Part shown: positions 1 through 12,329 of the stretch, piece after piece
How the letters are laid out: every line of letters begins with the position of its first letter
How positions within the stretch are numbered: the stretch's first letter is position 1
Assembly: GCF_009914755.1 (NCBI RefSeq)
Contig: NC_060927.1
DNA length: 64,000 nt
Source: the human T2T-CHM13v2.0 reference genome, Homo sapiens
Strand: one strand, 5' to 3'
The notes under the pieces: model-generated
The model's input: only the letters and a program-made list of their open reading frames with translations
The model's database searches: none
What the model was told of the DNA's origin: nothing
Position numbers and translations under genes: made by a program

Positions 1-1329
1 TTTTAAAATCCAGGAGCAATACACTACTCCTAGTGGAGAACTTGAATCCAAGGTGAGATTAGATGAGCAGGTTCAGAAAGGATGTTCAAGAAACTTGATG
101 GAAGAAAAGGTACCACTTGTAGAACTCTGTGGTCTTTCAGATTGTTGTAATGCCAGTGATTCATTATAGCCAACACAGAGCAAATCATTTGTTAATAAAC
201 AGAGCATCTCACAAGGAATGCTAACAGGTCTCTTTAAAGGAGCACCAATCCCATAAAAAGCCAAAAGTAAGAATAAATAATAGCAAGAAGCTTGACATTC
301 AATGCAGGACATATTTCCTGCATGGGGCCTGCTCGGAACACTTAAAGGTCCATCTGGAAACAGCATCATGCAGAAGCGAGGTCTGCAGCCAGGTCAAGCC
401 AAGCCACCTTTCATGCTGAGACCCCGACTCTTCTGAAGTTACAAAGTTCAAGGTGAATCCTCTTCCACATCCCAGATAACCAGCTGCCACTCAGGCATTC
501 CTGATAAAAGTTCATCCAGGCTTAGAGTGAATGAAGTATTAGGGAGATAACGAAAAAGTACCCAGGGTCAAATACAATGGAATCCACTTCTCAAACCAGC
601 CCACGACTGTTGAGTGTGCAGCTCCTATATTCTCTAGGAATCCTCTCTCAGATACATCTGGTACTTCTAAATCGGTTTCATCTTTTAGATGTATATGGAA
701 GAGTGGAGGTTTAAGTATCTTGGGAGGAAATCTAAGGAGATACAGAATAGAACAAAGTGAAGTGCTGTGATCCAAAACTGGGGATCCCTGGGTTCTGCCT
801 CTGCCTGTGGCTTGTGCGCTATCTATGACCCATGGCTCGCAGTTCTGATGGAGGCTGACCCTCCACCTGTGAATATGCTCAGTGGAAATGAAAGCTTCCA
901 AGTTGGGGAGGGCAAGAAGACTCTTAAGCCTTTCATACCCTGAGGTTCTATTTCCCTTCCTTTCTCTGGTCCTCAGTTTCTTAATCTGTAAAGCATGGAG
1001 CCTAAGCAGGCCTCTCTAGACCATACATGATATGCTACAGGTCTTCTTGAATCCAAGGGGTCATCAGACATCCTCTTTCTTCAGCCTAGCTCTGGCCTTA
1101 AGCCAATTCCTGCCCACCTTTTAAAAAATGTGCCTGTGTCACTGACTACCCCGATGTTCAGCTCTGGAGTTGGAAGTAGGATCTGATCATAGCATCCTCA
1201 GTGGAAGGCATTTACCACATGACATATAGATTAACTCTGGGAAGACATGCTTAGCACCAATGGCACATTTAGTCTTTCCTGGGCAGAACCTGACAAATCT
1301 AACCATTTCTGAGGCAGGGCCTTATACTC

Positions 1330-1494
1330 AGGGCGACCCACTGGTTTATCATCCAAATAGGGATACTTCTGAGAGTGACAAGGGTCACTAACGGCTATTA
1401 ATTAATTAATATTAATTAAATGACTAAGGGGTATTAATAAATACACCTGAACCACAGGACTGTCCCAGGTATCCTAGGACTTAAGGTCATCATA
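1330..1494. mobile_element. MER94-like hAT-Blackjack MITE
   Basis: Termini AGGGCGACC...GGTCATCAT; internal GGGATACTTCTGAGAGTGA and GGACTGTCCC match the recalled MER94 consensus; carries an extra AT-rich internal segment. Confidence 0.7.
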
Positions 1495-1574
1495 CTTAAA
1501 CATATTTATGGAGGAGAGCCTGTGATAATTTCATCATTAGCCCAAGACAAGAACAGATGCCCCAGTGTGGACAT

Positions 1575-1737
1575 GCATGGGGTCAGATTTGGTTATCACA
1601 TAGGCCTGAGGACACTGCTGGCATTGAGCTGGTGGGCATCAGGGATGCTAAATGTCCTGCAATGTACAAAATAATCCCACACAACAGAGAATTATCTGGC
1701 TCAAAATGGCCAAAATTTCCCTACTGAAAAATACTGA
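1575..1737 (+). mobile_element. MER20-family hAT-Charlie MITE fragment
   Basis: CTGCTGGCATTGAG...CAGGGATGCTAAATGTCCTGCAATG...CACAACAGAGAATTATCTGGCTCAAAATG matches MER20. Confidence 0.7.
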
Positions 1738-1784
1738 TATGGTGGGATAAGAATAATTGTAAACAATGATATAAAACGCAGGAT

Positions 1785-1935
1785 GACAACTTCAAATGCC
1801 TTCAGGGCCAGTCAGGAATTGGAAGATCTATGCCCCTTCTTAAGGAGTTTAAATTTAAGTCTTTAAAACAATGCCAAACAATTTCCATCCATATGCACTA
1901 AATTTGGCTTTTGGCCTCCAGATTGTGGACTTCTA
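1785..1935 (+). mobile_element. MER102-like hAT-Charlie fragment
   Basis: CAAATGCCTTCAGGGCCAG at start and GGCCTCCAGATTGTGGACTTCT at end resemble MER102 ends; internally deleted. Confidence 0.45.
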
Positions 1936-2015
1936 ATAGACATTTACTGATCAGAAATTATGTCTATGTTATATTAAGTAAAAACGAAAAGCTACAGCGT
2001 AATCCCATTATATGC

Positions 2016-2041
2016 GTGTGTGTGTGTGTGTGTGTGTGTGT
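2016..2041 (+). repeat. (GT)13 microsatellite
   Basis: Direct read; embedded in a degenerate L1M-like 3' fragment (~1960-2180). Confidence 0.95.
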
Positions 2042-2912
2042 ATGCATTCTCTCTTCATACATATATAAGGAGGGAGAAGATTCCTATATGTATGTATGTC
2101 AGTCCATACATGTATGTACATATGTGTATGTACACCAAAATTCTGGAAGAATATAGAATGAAATTTAGAGTGACAAAGAGAGTAGATGACCTGAAGTATA
2201 GGTATTTTCCCCTTTAAAGTTTTCCATAGCCATGGACAAATATGAACATTTTTAGCAGCTATTGGCAACTACTTATGATGAAGGCCCCCTGGGAATAGTC
2301 TATGAAAAGAAACAGCAGCCACAACTCTAGGGTCTGTGCCTGTGATTGTCATCACATCCCAAATGATTTTTCCTAACCCTCAATCAGACTTCTGATGGGC
2401 ATAAATCCACACCCCTGGGCTCAGCCTGTTGACCCACAGGAATTAGAGCAATGTTGAAGGGTGGGGTGCATACTGGTGGGGAATGGGAGGGAACTGGTTG
2501 CAAAGGAGCAAACCATTCTCCACTCGCATGTTATACTGTGAGGAAAACACGTGCCCAGGCCACCAAGGCAATCATTTCTGGGCTCGAAAACAGGAAGAAA
2601 TTCACTAAACACTATGTCACCAACACAAAGAGTGGAGAAGATTTGCCAAGAGTGCAGTCCTGTCTTGACCGGGACATCAGCATTAAAGGCAGGACCCACT
2701 GCCAAGCTCATGATTTCTGAAGCAAAGGGGCAGCCACTTGCCTTAGGCCTCCTCTAATGGCTCTCAGATAATCTTAACTTGGGCCTGTAGATGACAAGGG
2801 GTCACTGGGACTCTTTTCCCATTTACGTGGGAGGAGATGACTTTTCTAAGCCCCTCAACCTCCATGATTTCCCCCACTCTCATAACAATCCTATAATGAG
2901 CTGGGCCCCTTC

Positions 2913-3070
2913 CATGTACTAACTCATTTAATCCTAACAATAACCCTATGAGGCAAGCATTACTGTCCCCATTTTACTGATGAAGAAACAGAGACTCAGG
3001 GAGGTTAAGTCTCACAGCTAGTCAGTGTCAGGTTTCAAGTCTAGACTTGTCAGTGCCACAGCCTTTAACT
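2913..3070 (-). mobile_element. MIR SINE
   Basis: Reverse-complement MIR core CCCCATTTTACTGATGAAGAAACAGAGACTCAGGGAGGTTAAG. Confidence 0.85.
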
Positions 3071-3308
3071 TCCTGTGTTCACCCACCATTGCACACCTTC
3101 AAGGAGCGGCAGACAGAGCTGAGGTAGGTCCTTCATGGGCAATGTAACCATTGCAGCTAGCGCTACTTGAGGAAAATGTCCAAAGACACAAGGGGCTCTG
3201 GAACTGGGCCTTTGGAGACAGGACGTGGACTGACCATCCAATTGATCTGCTGTGGCACTGACCCAGAAATCAGCCAGAAATTTCCTCGATAATGTCTGAT
3301 AAAATTAA

Positions 3309-3653
<345 letters not shown>

Positions 3654-3708
3654 TGGAAGTCATTACTTTCTCTGAGTCTCAGATCCCACCCAACTTTGTG
3701 AAATCACA

Positions 3709-4235
3709 TATTACTTATCTATTGCTGTGTAACAAACAACCTCAAAACTAAGCAATCAAAACCCACCATCATTCACTCAGTTCATGATTCTGTGTATTGG
3801 CAATCTGGGCTGGGCTCAGCTGGATAGTCCCTCTGCTCTTGGCTAGGCTCCCTCGTGTGCCTGCAGGTCAGTTGTCGGTTGACTTTGCAGATGGTCACTG
3901 TGCTCTCTCACATTTCTCAGGCCTGCCCTGGACAGCTGGGCTGACTTGGCTCTGGTTTACTTCGTCTCTCATCATCTAGCAGGCCAGCCTGGGTTTGCTC
4001 ACATGACTGGACAGGTTTTGAAGAAAAGTTCACAAAGGCTCCTTGAGGCTTAGACTCAAGAATTGACATTGACACTTTTGCCACTGCCTATTGGCTAAAG
4101 CGAGTCTTAAGGCCAACCTGGATTCAAGGAGTAGGGGAATAGACTTCACCTCCTGCTGGGAGGAACTGCAAAGTCATATTGCAAAGAAGCATACTTACAG
4201 AGGGGAATAATGGTGGTCCTTTTTATAAATAACTG
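3709..4235 (-). mobile_element. MLT1H/G-like MaLR LTR
   Basis: TATCTATTGCTGTGTAACAAAC...CTGGGCTGGGCTCAGCTGG...GGAGGAACTGCAAAGTCATATTGCAAAG. Confidence 0.85.
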
Positions 4236-4549
4236 TTATTTATTGGCTTGACATAAGTGTAACTGGTAACCACTTCATGCTTTTCCAAGATGGTCCTAAC
4301 TACTGCCCCTTCCTATTCAATTCAGATTGTCCTGGAGAAACTTAACCAGGTGGAGGCTGACACCCAATCCCCACCCCATCTCCACCCCATTTCCTGCATA
4401 TTGTACCTAATAGTCTTCTTCAATTCTCCTGGAAACTGTAGCCCAAAAAGATAGCCCTCCTATACACACACTCAATTAGGGTGAGAGAGCCCATTGCCTT
4501 ACCTTTGGGGGACCTTGTCTCAGCTGGATCCCAGTCTATTTCTCTACGC

Positions 4550-4800
4550 ACTCATTATTTTTAAAAAAGCATTTACGAATACCTTTCACCTATCACATAT
4601 AGAATATGCCTATCACTATTCTAGTATTTAAGAATATAAGGAAAAAACTAGATCTGTTTCTGTCCTCATGGAAGTCACAGACTATTTCTCTAGGGAGAAT
4701 AGACACAAACAAATATTATCTTCATTTCACAAATGACATGAGGCCCACCATCACAGAGATGATATGGGACATGACCTGGATTTGAACTCAAGCAGGTCCC
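4550..4800 (-). mobile_element. L2 3' fragment followed by MIR fragment
   Basis: Degenerate L2 tail (TCTGTCCTCATGGAAGTCACAG) and MIR-like CTGGATTTGAACTCAAGCAG. Confidence 0.5.
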
Positions 4801-6049
4801 CTTCATAGCCCATGTGTCTATTAACCACCATACTTCGCAGCAATAGCAGGACCAGCCTTTGTAGTGTAATTGGGTAAAGGCCAAATTATGAGAGACTAAG
4901 GAATATTTGGGAGGTAAGGAGCAGAACTATAGGAATGTCCCTGCAGAGTGATAAAGTGTGGGAGATGCAGAGAGAAGGGAAACAGGCAGAGCTCTTCCCG
5001 CTGCAGACTTGCTCTGAGGGCTACAGAGAAGGTGGAAGCCCACTCCCTCCAGCTGAAACTTGGGCTCACACAGAGGCCTCAACAGGGTCCTAAGAATCGG
5101 GCATGGTTCCTTTCCTCCTGCCAAAGTCATTCTCTTAGCGTTCAAAGTAGTCTTCAAGGGAAATCTTACTGCTTTCCCCAAGTGCCAGACAATATCAGCT
5201 TCTTCAAGACAATAAGGAGGTATGTGTTGGCTCTCTGGAAGTGTTCGCCCAGTGAGCCAATTTATATTCATTGTGATTCAGCAATTATTTACTGCATTCC
5301 CACGGGTGTAGCGCCAGCTGGAGTCAGACTTGGTAATTGTTTCCCACCTTATCCTCAGCAATTACATTCCAGCTGATGGTATGTACACCGATATAAATTG
5401 TTCACCAATAAACACGTCTCTTAGGAGCCTTATTTATCTTACGGAACCTTCATGAAATAATCATACAGATTCATCATGCCATATTCTGCCCATAGACTTT
5501 ATAGGGGATCCCCCATTAACTTTAATGGGGAAGTTTGTTAGGTGTCTTTTTCCCCTCCCTTGGCATAGATCAAAGTTAGTGCATGGCCAATAGACCACAC
5601 ATTTTTCAAAAGATCTCCTGGGTCGTTCCTGCCCACCTCCTCAGTGACTGCAAGAGTGTCTTCTCTTCTTACATTTTGCCTTCTCCACAGTAGATCAACT
5701 TCTGCTATAGGCCCACACTTTGTCCTCAGCCCCTACTTCCCAGTACATACTGACCTCATGCTGGGAAAATATTCCTGCCTTAAAACTCCAGTATTCTTTC
5801 TCTCCTTCACCCAGTGTCTTCCTACTCACTTTTGCCAGTATAAATCTGTCTCCACCATTCCCACCTAAAATCATGGCCTTCTGTGGGTGCTTCCAGCTAC
5901 TGGATGCCCCTTTTCCCTTGGGTTCCTGCCATTTCATACTCACCAAAAGTTTCTGATCCTGCAGGCTTTTGTCATCAGTTGGAATATGTCACTTTCAACA
6001 TTCTGATTTTCTGCTGATTGGTTGGTTTGTTTTGGAATTGGCTTTTGAA

Positions 6050-6480
6050 TTAGTTAGAGGAAAGGTTAAGCCACTGTAATAAAAAGACTCCCAAGAAGCT
6101 TTGGCTTTAAAAAGCTTATATTTTCTCTCTGATGTAACAGTCCTGAGTGGGTGAGCAGCTTTGCTTCACGTGGTCATCCCAGAACCTCAGTTCCCTCCAC
6201 CTTACTGCTCCACAGTCCTCGGCTGTATGGTCAAAGCCAAGTCACAGGCACATCTAGCACCTGTGTTTGAGCTTATGGGGTAAGGAAAGAGGAATTCCAG
6301 AAAAATGGCTTTCCTTTCATGTGACAATCACCTGGAAAGGACACTTCCACTCACCTCCCCTTGGCTCAAGCTTGGTCCCAAAGATGCATCTAGCTGCCTC
6401 ATACCTGGCGCAGACTCTCTACTATGCATGGGAAAGGGAGAGACTGGGGTTTCGCAGACAGCTAGCACTTTCCCCACAGC
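6050..6480 (-). mobile_element. Old MLT1 (K/L-like) MaLR LTR
   Basis: GCTTCACGTGGTCATCCCAGAACC...CACTTCCACTCACCTCCCCTTGGC...GACAGCTAGCACTTTCCCCACA layout. Confidence 0.6.
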
Positions 6481-6647
6481 TGCATTTGGTTAGCTTCTTC
6501 AAACCAAACTGCTCAGAGTCAAACAGGGTGAAAAGAGAGTCTTTGCTCACAATAAGATTTCTGTAGAAGAATGAAGTATAAGCCAAACACTGCCACCATG
6601 CCACAAATTTTCCTGAACTAAAAACACTTTCTTCAAAGTTAATAAAG

Positions 6648-6797
6648 GGCTGCGCATGGTGGCTCATGCCTGTAATCCCGGAACTTTGGGAGGGTGAGGT
6701 TGGAGAATCACTTGAGCCCAGGAGTTTGACGCTGCAGTGAGTTCTGATTGTGCCACTGCACTCCAGCCTGAGTGACAGAGCGAGACCTATCTCTAAA
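6648..6797 (+). mobile_element. Free Alu monomer (FRAM-like)
   Basis: Single ~150 bp monomer containing right-arm GCAGTGAG...CCACTGCACTCCAGCC; followed by (TG)n(TA)n at 6799-6824. Confidence 0.85.
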
Positions 6798-6849
6798 CGT
6801 ATGTGTGTGTGTGTGTATATATATAAAGGCCTTCAAAAAAAGGCATCAA

Positions 6850-7857
6850 CCTTGTCTTCTCTCTGACACACAGCCTATCTGATCCATCAGTAAATACTGA
6901 GGGTTCTTCCTTGACTATGTTCAGAATACATTTCTCACCACATCCACCACCAATCCAAGCCACCATCAATTCTCTTCTGGATTATTTTAATAGCTTTCTA
7001 ATGATTGAAATTCTGCCTTCCTACAGTTCTATTCTCAACACAGCAGCCAGAGTGATCCCTTTAAAACATAAATCAGAACCTTTTACTTGTCAACTCAAAA
7101 TTCTTCAATGGCTTACATCTCAAATCAGGAGGAAAAGCCAGAATACTTAACAATGACCTACAAGGCCTAATCTGATCATATCACCTACCAGTCCCCTCCC
7201 TCCTTGCCTCCCAGCTCACCTCTTACCCATTTTTTCCTGCATCCTACTCTCTCCAAATCTGCTTCAGTGGCCTCCTTGCTGGTTCTAAAACATGTCACCA
7301 CATCCTGCCTCAGGACCTCGCACCAGCTTTTCCCTCTGCCCTTGCCCAGACTCCCAGATGGTTCCCTCCCTCACTTCCTCCAGGTCTCTCCCCAGTGTCA
7401 CCTTCTTGCTCAGATTTTCCCTGACTGACCCACACAAAATAGCTATCCCATATCCAGTTGTATGCTGGCAAATATTTAAGAACCAGCTGTCCCTGAATTG
7501 TAGCATTTTTGTGTGGGATCTAAATACTCCCACTGTGGCCAATTTCAAGCTACCAAGGTCATTGAACATGAAGCCGGGGAGAGAGGCATACAATTTTCAA
7601 GAGCTGACACAAGCCAACTGCAGCACATCATTTCCCACACCTCTCCAGCATTCTCGGTCCCTTTATCCCATGTTAGTGTTGGTCTCCTTAGCACCTATCA
7701 CTGCCTGGCTTATACTTCACTTACTTGCTTGCTAATAGTGTGTGTCTTCCTGTACAATGAGAGCTGGACAAGGCAGAGCCTGTATCTTCACTGTCATATC
7801 TCTACCATTCAGAATATCTTAGTCATTCAGTAACATTTGTTGAAATGAATGGATGAA
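6850..7857 (+). mobile_element. L2a LINE 3' end, interrupted by MER63
   Basis: CCAAGCCACCATCAATTCTC...CAGCAGCCAGAGTGATCCCTTTAAAAC...; L2 tail CATTTGTTGAAATGAATGGATG. Confidence 0.85.
7455..7633. mobile_element. MER63A-like hAT-Blackjack MITE
   Basis: TIRs CAGTTGTATGCTGG / CAGCACATCATTT; internal TAAATACTCCCACTGTGGCCAATTTCAAGCTACC; degenerate 8-bp TSD CCCATATC / CCCACACC. Confidence 0.85.
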
Positions 7858-8145
7858 ATGGCAAAGAACATAGAAAACTCCCACAAGAGAAAACACATTA
7901 TAATCAAATGTATGGGAAAAGTTTCTGCACCACTTATACTAATTGTCTAAATCAGTGCCTACCAGTGGGAGAGAAAGCAATGCTGTCTAGAGAGCGTGGA
8001 ACAATAATTCCTTAATTGAAACAACTGGACAAGTTGACTAGATTTAAAATGTGCTACACTGAAAGAAGCTGGAAGAAAATAAAATCTGGCAGGGTCCAGG
8101 GGAAGACAGGGAGATTCTAGTTGGGTTTAAGAATCAATGAAAATA

Positions 8146-8455
8146 AGCAGGATGCAGTGGCTCATGCCTGTAATCTCAACACTTTCAGAGGCCAAGGCAG
8201 GCAGATTGTTTGAGGCCAGGAGTTTGAGACCAATGTGGGCAACATGGCGAAACCTGGCCTCTAAAAAAAAAAATTAGCTGGGCATGTAGTCCCAGTTATT
8301 GGGGAGGAGGGCTGCAGAGGGGGCAGGCAGAGCTGAGGCAAGAAAATTGCTTGAGCCCAGGAGGTCAAGGCTCCAGTGAGCCATGATCGTACCACTGCAC
8401 TCCAGCCTGGGTGACAGAGCAAGATCCTGTCTCAAAAAGAAAAAAAAAAAGAAAA
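8146..8455 (+). mobile_element. AluJ
   Basis: Dimer with J-type GAGGTCAAGGCT and GAGCCCAGG; G-rich insertion in the right arm; A tail. Confidence 0.9.
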
Positions 8456-8619
8456 TATATTCAGGATTAAGTTGGTGTTTGTGAGGATGTCCTAGAAAGT
8501 TAAAACCAGCAGATGACAGTGAATTGGTAGGTCTTTCTGCCCTAAAGAGTCAGACAGATGGGAGATACTAATAATTCAAGAAACACAATGGAAGCAGAGG
8601 TAGAGTACTATGTTTCTGC

Positions 8620-9140
8620 TAAAAAGTTAATAATACACATTTTGATGGCAATGGCCAATGTGAGAAAAGTTGAGAAGGAAATGGTACCATCATACATAGC
8701 TGGTAACATTGTACATTTGGTTTGATCCCTTTGGAAGGTAATATGTTAAGAAGAATAAAAATGTTCATACTGTCAACCAGTAAGCCAAAGGAAGAATTTA
8801 ACAGAAGAAATTGACTATAAACACAAACATTCATACAGTGGTCACCATCACAGCCCAAAATAGAAAATAATCCAAATGTGCATCAGTAGGGAACGATTGA
8901 AAAAATGATGGCATAGTAACTCAATGGAATACACGTCATGAATCCCTAAAAAATAATTATAAAAAACATAGCAATGCCAGTGATGCTGTCGAGTGAAAAT
9001 CCAGACTACGAATTGTAGACTATAGGTTGCAAATCTTTAGAACTATATTCACGACATGGCCAAGCTAATGGAGAATGTGCAAAAAGAATTGTGTGGGTGA
9101 GAAGGGGATTTTTTTCTAAAATTGACTTTATTTAATTACT
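8620..9140 (+). mobile_element. L1ME-like 3' fragment
   Basis: ATCACAGCCCAAAATAGAAAATAATCCAAATGTGCATCAGTAGGG...AATGGAATAC typical of L1 ORF2 end/3' UTR. Confidence 0.7.
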
Positions 9141-10117
9141 AAAGTTTTAATGTTAAGCCTTTCATAGCAGAAAATCATTTTTACACAAAAATGGAGGGGA
9201 AGACTGAGGAATGAAGGGAAGACATCCTTCTCTTGGTGACTGGTCAACTACTAATGTCCCAGAAAGTCCTCCATCACTGAGATTGCTGAAGAACATGGAG
9301 ACACAGGCCTTCTACTCACAGAGCATCAGGCAGCTTGGCCATGGTGAACACTTGATCCATCCTACATACCCAGATTGGGACAGAAAATCACAAGGACATT
9401 GGGCTTGGGTGCTCTTAAGGTTCCAGTGGTCACACTACATGAATAACTTGAGACAATGAAATTCATGAAGACACTTCCTGCCTTCCAGGCTAAATGCTGA
9501 GCAGCAGCACCAGGCTCCAAGGCCAGGGCAGGAAAGACCCAACCTTCCTTGGTTAGCAGCTAAGGAATCTTCTGCCCCTGGAGCTTCTGCTGCCAGAAGC
9601 TTGGGGCTTTTAGCCACTACTGAATTGGTTTCTGAGCCTGCCAGTACTTTACTCTCAGAACAACCAGAGTGCAAGAGCAAGAGGGGAATGCTTTCTTCCT
9701 TCCACAACATGTCTTTTTTAATAGCTCACTTTTCCAAACTCCTCCACACCCTATGATGAGAGCCATATCACCTCAATGAGACAATACTTGTCCAGGTCAG
9801 ATCTGATTCTAGACAAAACTGCATTTAAAGTCCCCCATAAAAATAGTTGTCAGTCCTAGCCTGAATCTTATCCACAGAAAAATAGTGTCCAACTTTTTGC
9901 AGCTCTGCCCATTTGGGAGGCAAAGCTGTGTCCCACAGCTCAACCCATCTGAAAGTTCTACTAATTTAATCCCTTTCTACATGGCTGCAATTTTACCACT
10001 CTCTTCCTTTTCTTCCTGTCAGCTGACACAGAAAGCAGCGGCACCTCGGAATTATCACCATCACACTTAACTGAGCCTTCATTTATACCCACAGCCTGAT
10101 AAACTGTTCTCATCCCT

Positions 10118-10280
10118 TAGTTTTACAGCAATTCTATGTAGTAGATACTCTTATTATCCTCATTTTATAGATGAGGAAACTGAGACAGAACAAAGCTAAG
10201 GAACCTGCCTAAGGCCACATGGTAAGTGGCAGAATCCAGATTTGAACTACTGCAGTTTGATTCCAGAACCCATCCCTCTC
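10118..10280 (-). mobile_element. MIR SINE
   Basis: TATTATCCTCATTTTATAGATGAGGAAACTGAGACAG core. Confidence 0.9.
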
Positions 10281-10634
10281 CATTATGTCCCCGCTCTCCT
10301 CCACAGAATTCTTGACACTAAAGAAGAGAGGCACGACATTCACAATAGAAATGTTTCCAAAATTCAGTTTGCTTTCTAAAATATTTCTGACTTGCTGGGA
10401 ATTTACTTTAATATAACCATCAATTCACACTGATGACCTAACTCAGGGGAGGTAAAAAGCTTTCAACAATAGGCCAAATCAACAAATGTTTCCTTAAAAA
10501 CGAGCCTCAAATCTAGATCTGTGCACTGGGAAGAAAGGCATCGTTCTCAAACTAAAAAACAAGTTTGATTAAATCTTGTGATACTTCTAGGCCTAAGTAA
10601 CTCTGCCATGGGCTTGCAGATTTTTTAGACTTTT

Positions 10635-10759
10635 CTTGTTGATTTAGACACAGCATTGTCTAACCTACTGACTTAGGAATCCTTTCCATATGTTAATAGG
10701 ATTTGACTCAAGAGCTAAAAGGAAAGCAAATAGAAATGGGTGTGAGAGATAAAGATGAG
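10635..10759 (+). repeat. Local inverted triplication, copy A
   Basis: 106/125 ungapped identity (hand count) to reverse complement of 11644-11768. Confidence 0.9.
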
Positions 10760-11643
10760 AGACGAGGACAGAACACAAAGGAGCACCTTCCCTACCTGCA
10801 AAAAACAGATGAGCACAGGTGGTCTGAATGAGGGCAGAGAACCTATAGGGGGCAGGGAAGCAAACTTCCAAAGTCTGGAGAGCTGCTGAGTGACCAGGCA
10901 GCAAGAGACCCAGAATTACTGGCAGCACTACCCCCACTTTAGGGCCTCCCTAAGATACCATAGTTGAATGGAGGCTGGTGTCTTGCAGTTCAGCAGATGG
11001 AAGGGGCATATAAAATTACAAGAGCAAAACACCAACTTCACTCTCAACATAACTTCATTTATACCTACAGCCTGATAAGGAAGGAAGAAGACCATGTCCT
11101 AGTCCTAAAACACAAAGCTAATCACAAAACTTCCTGTTCAAAAACTTCCACAATACCCCAATACTCCTGTAGGTTACTACAGGATAAAGCCCTGACCCCT
11201 CCACCTAGCACACAAGGCTACCTTCCTCTCCAGCCTCAGCCCTCAAGATTGAAAGCTTCCAGAGCACAGTCATCCCTGTTCTTTCCTAAATATGAGGCAG
11301 AAACACCAATACGCCACGCCATTGCTGACCTCCGCACCTGTGCCCACGCTGCACAGGGAAGGTGTGAGCCTTCCCTTTCCCTACCCCTAATACTTATTTT
11401 GCAAGGCTTGCTACACTTCTCTTGCCTTCCACCCTCTTTACTTATCCTTTCCTTTAGGAAAGGATACATTACTCATCTTTCCTCTGGACTCCAAAGTGCA
11501 GTGTTTCCTCTGGGCTCCTTCCCTCTGGGCTCCAAAGTGCAGTGTTCAGCCTTGTTTAAACACCCACTGCATGATGTAATGGTTGGTTACCATACCTGCC
11601 TCCCTTACTCTGCTGTGAGCAGCCAGCAGACAGCCACACCTCA

Positions 11644-11900
11644 CTCATCTTTATCTCTCACGCCCATTCCTATCAGCTTTCCCTGAGGCTCTTGAGTCAT
11701 ATCCTATTAACATATGGAGAAGATTCTTAAGTCAGTAGGCTACGTAATAGTGTGTCTAAGTCAACAAGTGAAATCTTTAGAAATCCACATGGTGGTAGAG
11801 AGTTTTGGAAGCGAAGGCCCGGAATGTGGTGTGCTAGATGACACAAGCACAGATGATCTGAGAAATTAACTTGCATAATGTGCCTGGAGTGAAGTGGACA
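11644..11900 (-). repeat. Local inverted triplication, copy B (middle, inverted)
   Basis: Reverse complement aligns to both 10635-10759 and ~12330-12574. Confidence 0.9.
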
Positions 11901-12329
11901 TTCAATGAATGTTGGTTGAAACCACGTTTTCCATTGGCCTTGACTTCTCATGTGCCTATAGATAAGATTGGGTTTGCACTTGGCACCTCTTCCCAGAAAG
12001 ACTATACCTGTAAGAATTTCCCTAAATCATTCAGAGGAAACCCCCTTTTAGCATTAAAAACTAGTTTTTTTATCCAAGAAACTGGGAGAATTGAAAAATA
12101 TTACCTGGCCAGTATGTCCCGCATTACCATGTCCCCATCCTTGCCTGGGCTACTGACTCCCTTCTGCATTCCCTCATTCCCTGGTTCCCTCTCTTTCCCC
12201 CTTCTCCAATCCCACCAGCTTCAGGGTTCAGAAAGGCCAGCCTCAGGCCCGCTTCTCCTCACTCTCCTCTGTCATGGTTATTTACTAGCCTGTTTGATTC
12301 AACTTCCCTGTCCACATGATAAAGGATAG

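Noticed and set aside
1911-2268. CVCVCV and THTHT ORFs
   Set aside because: Translation of the (GT)n microsatellite
10964-11686. 240-aa ORF, the longest in the track
   Set aside because: Starts at TTG, has no recognisable domain, and runs through a tandem duplication and an L2 relic; consistent with chance
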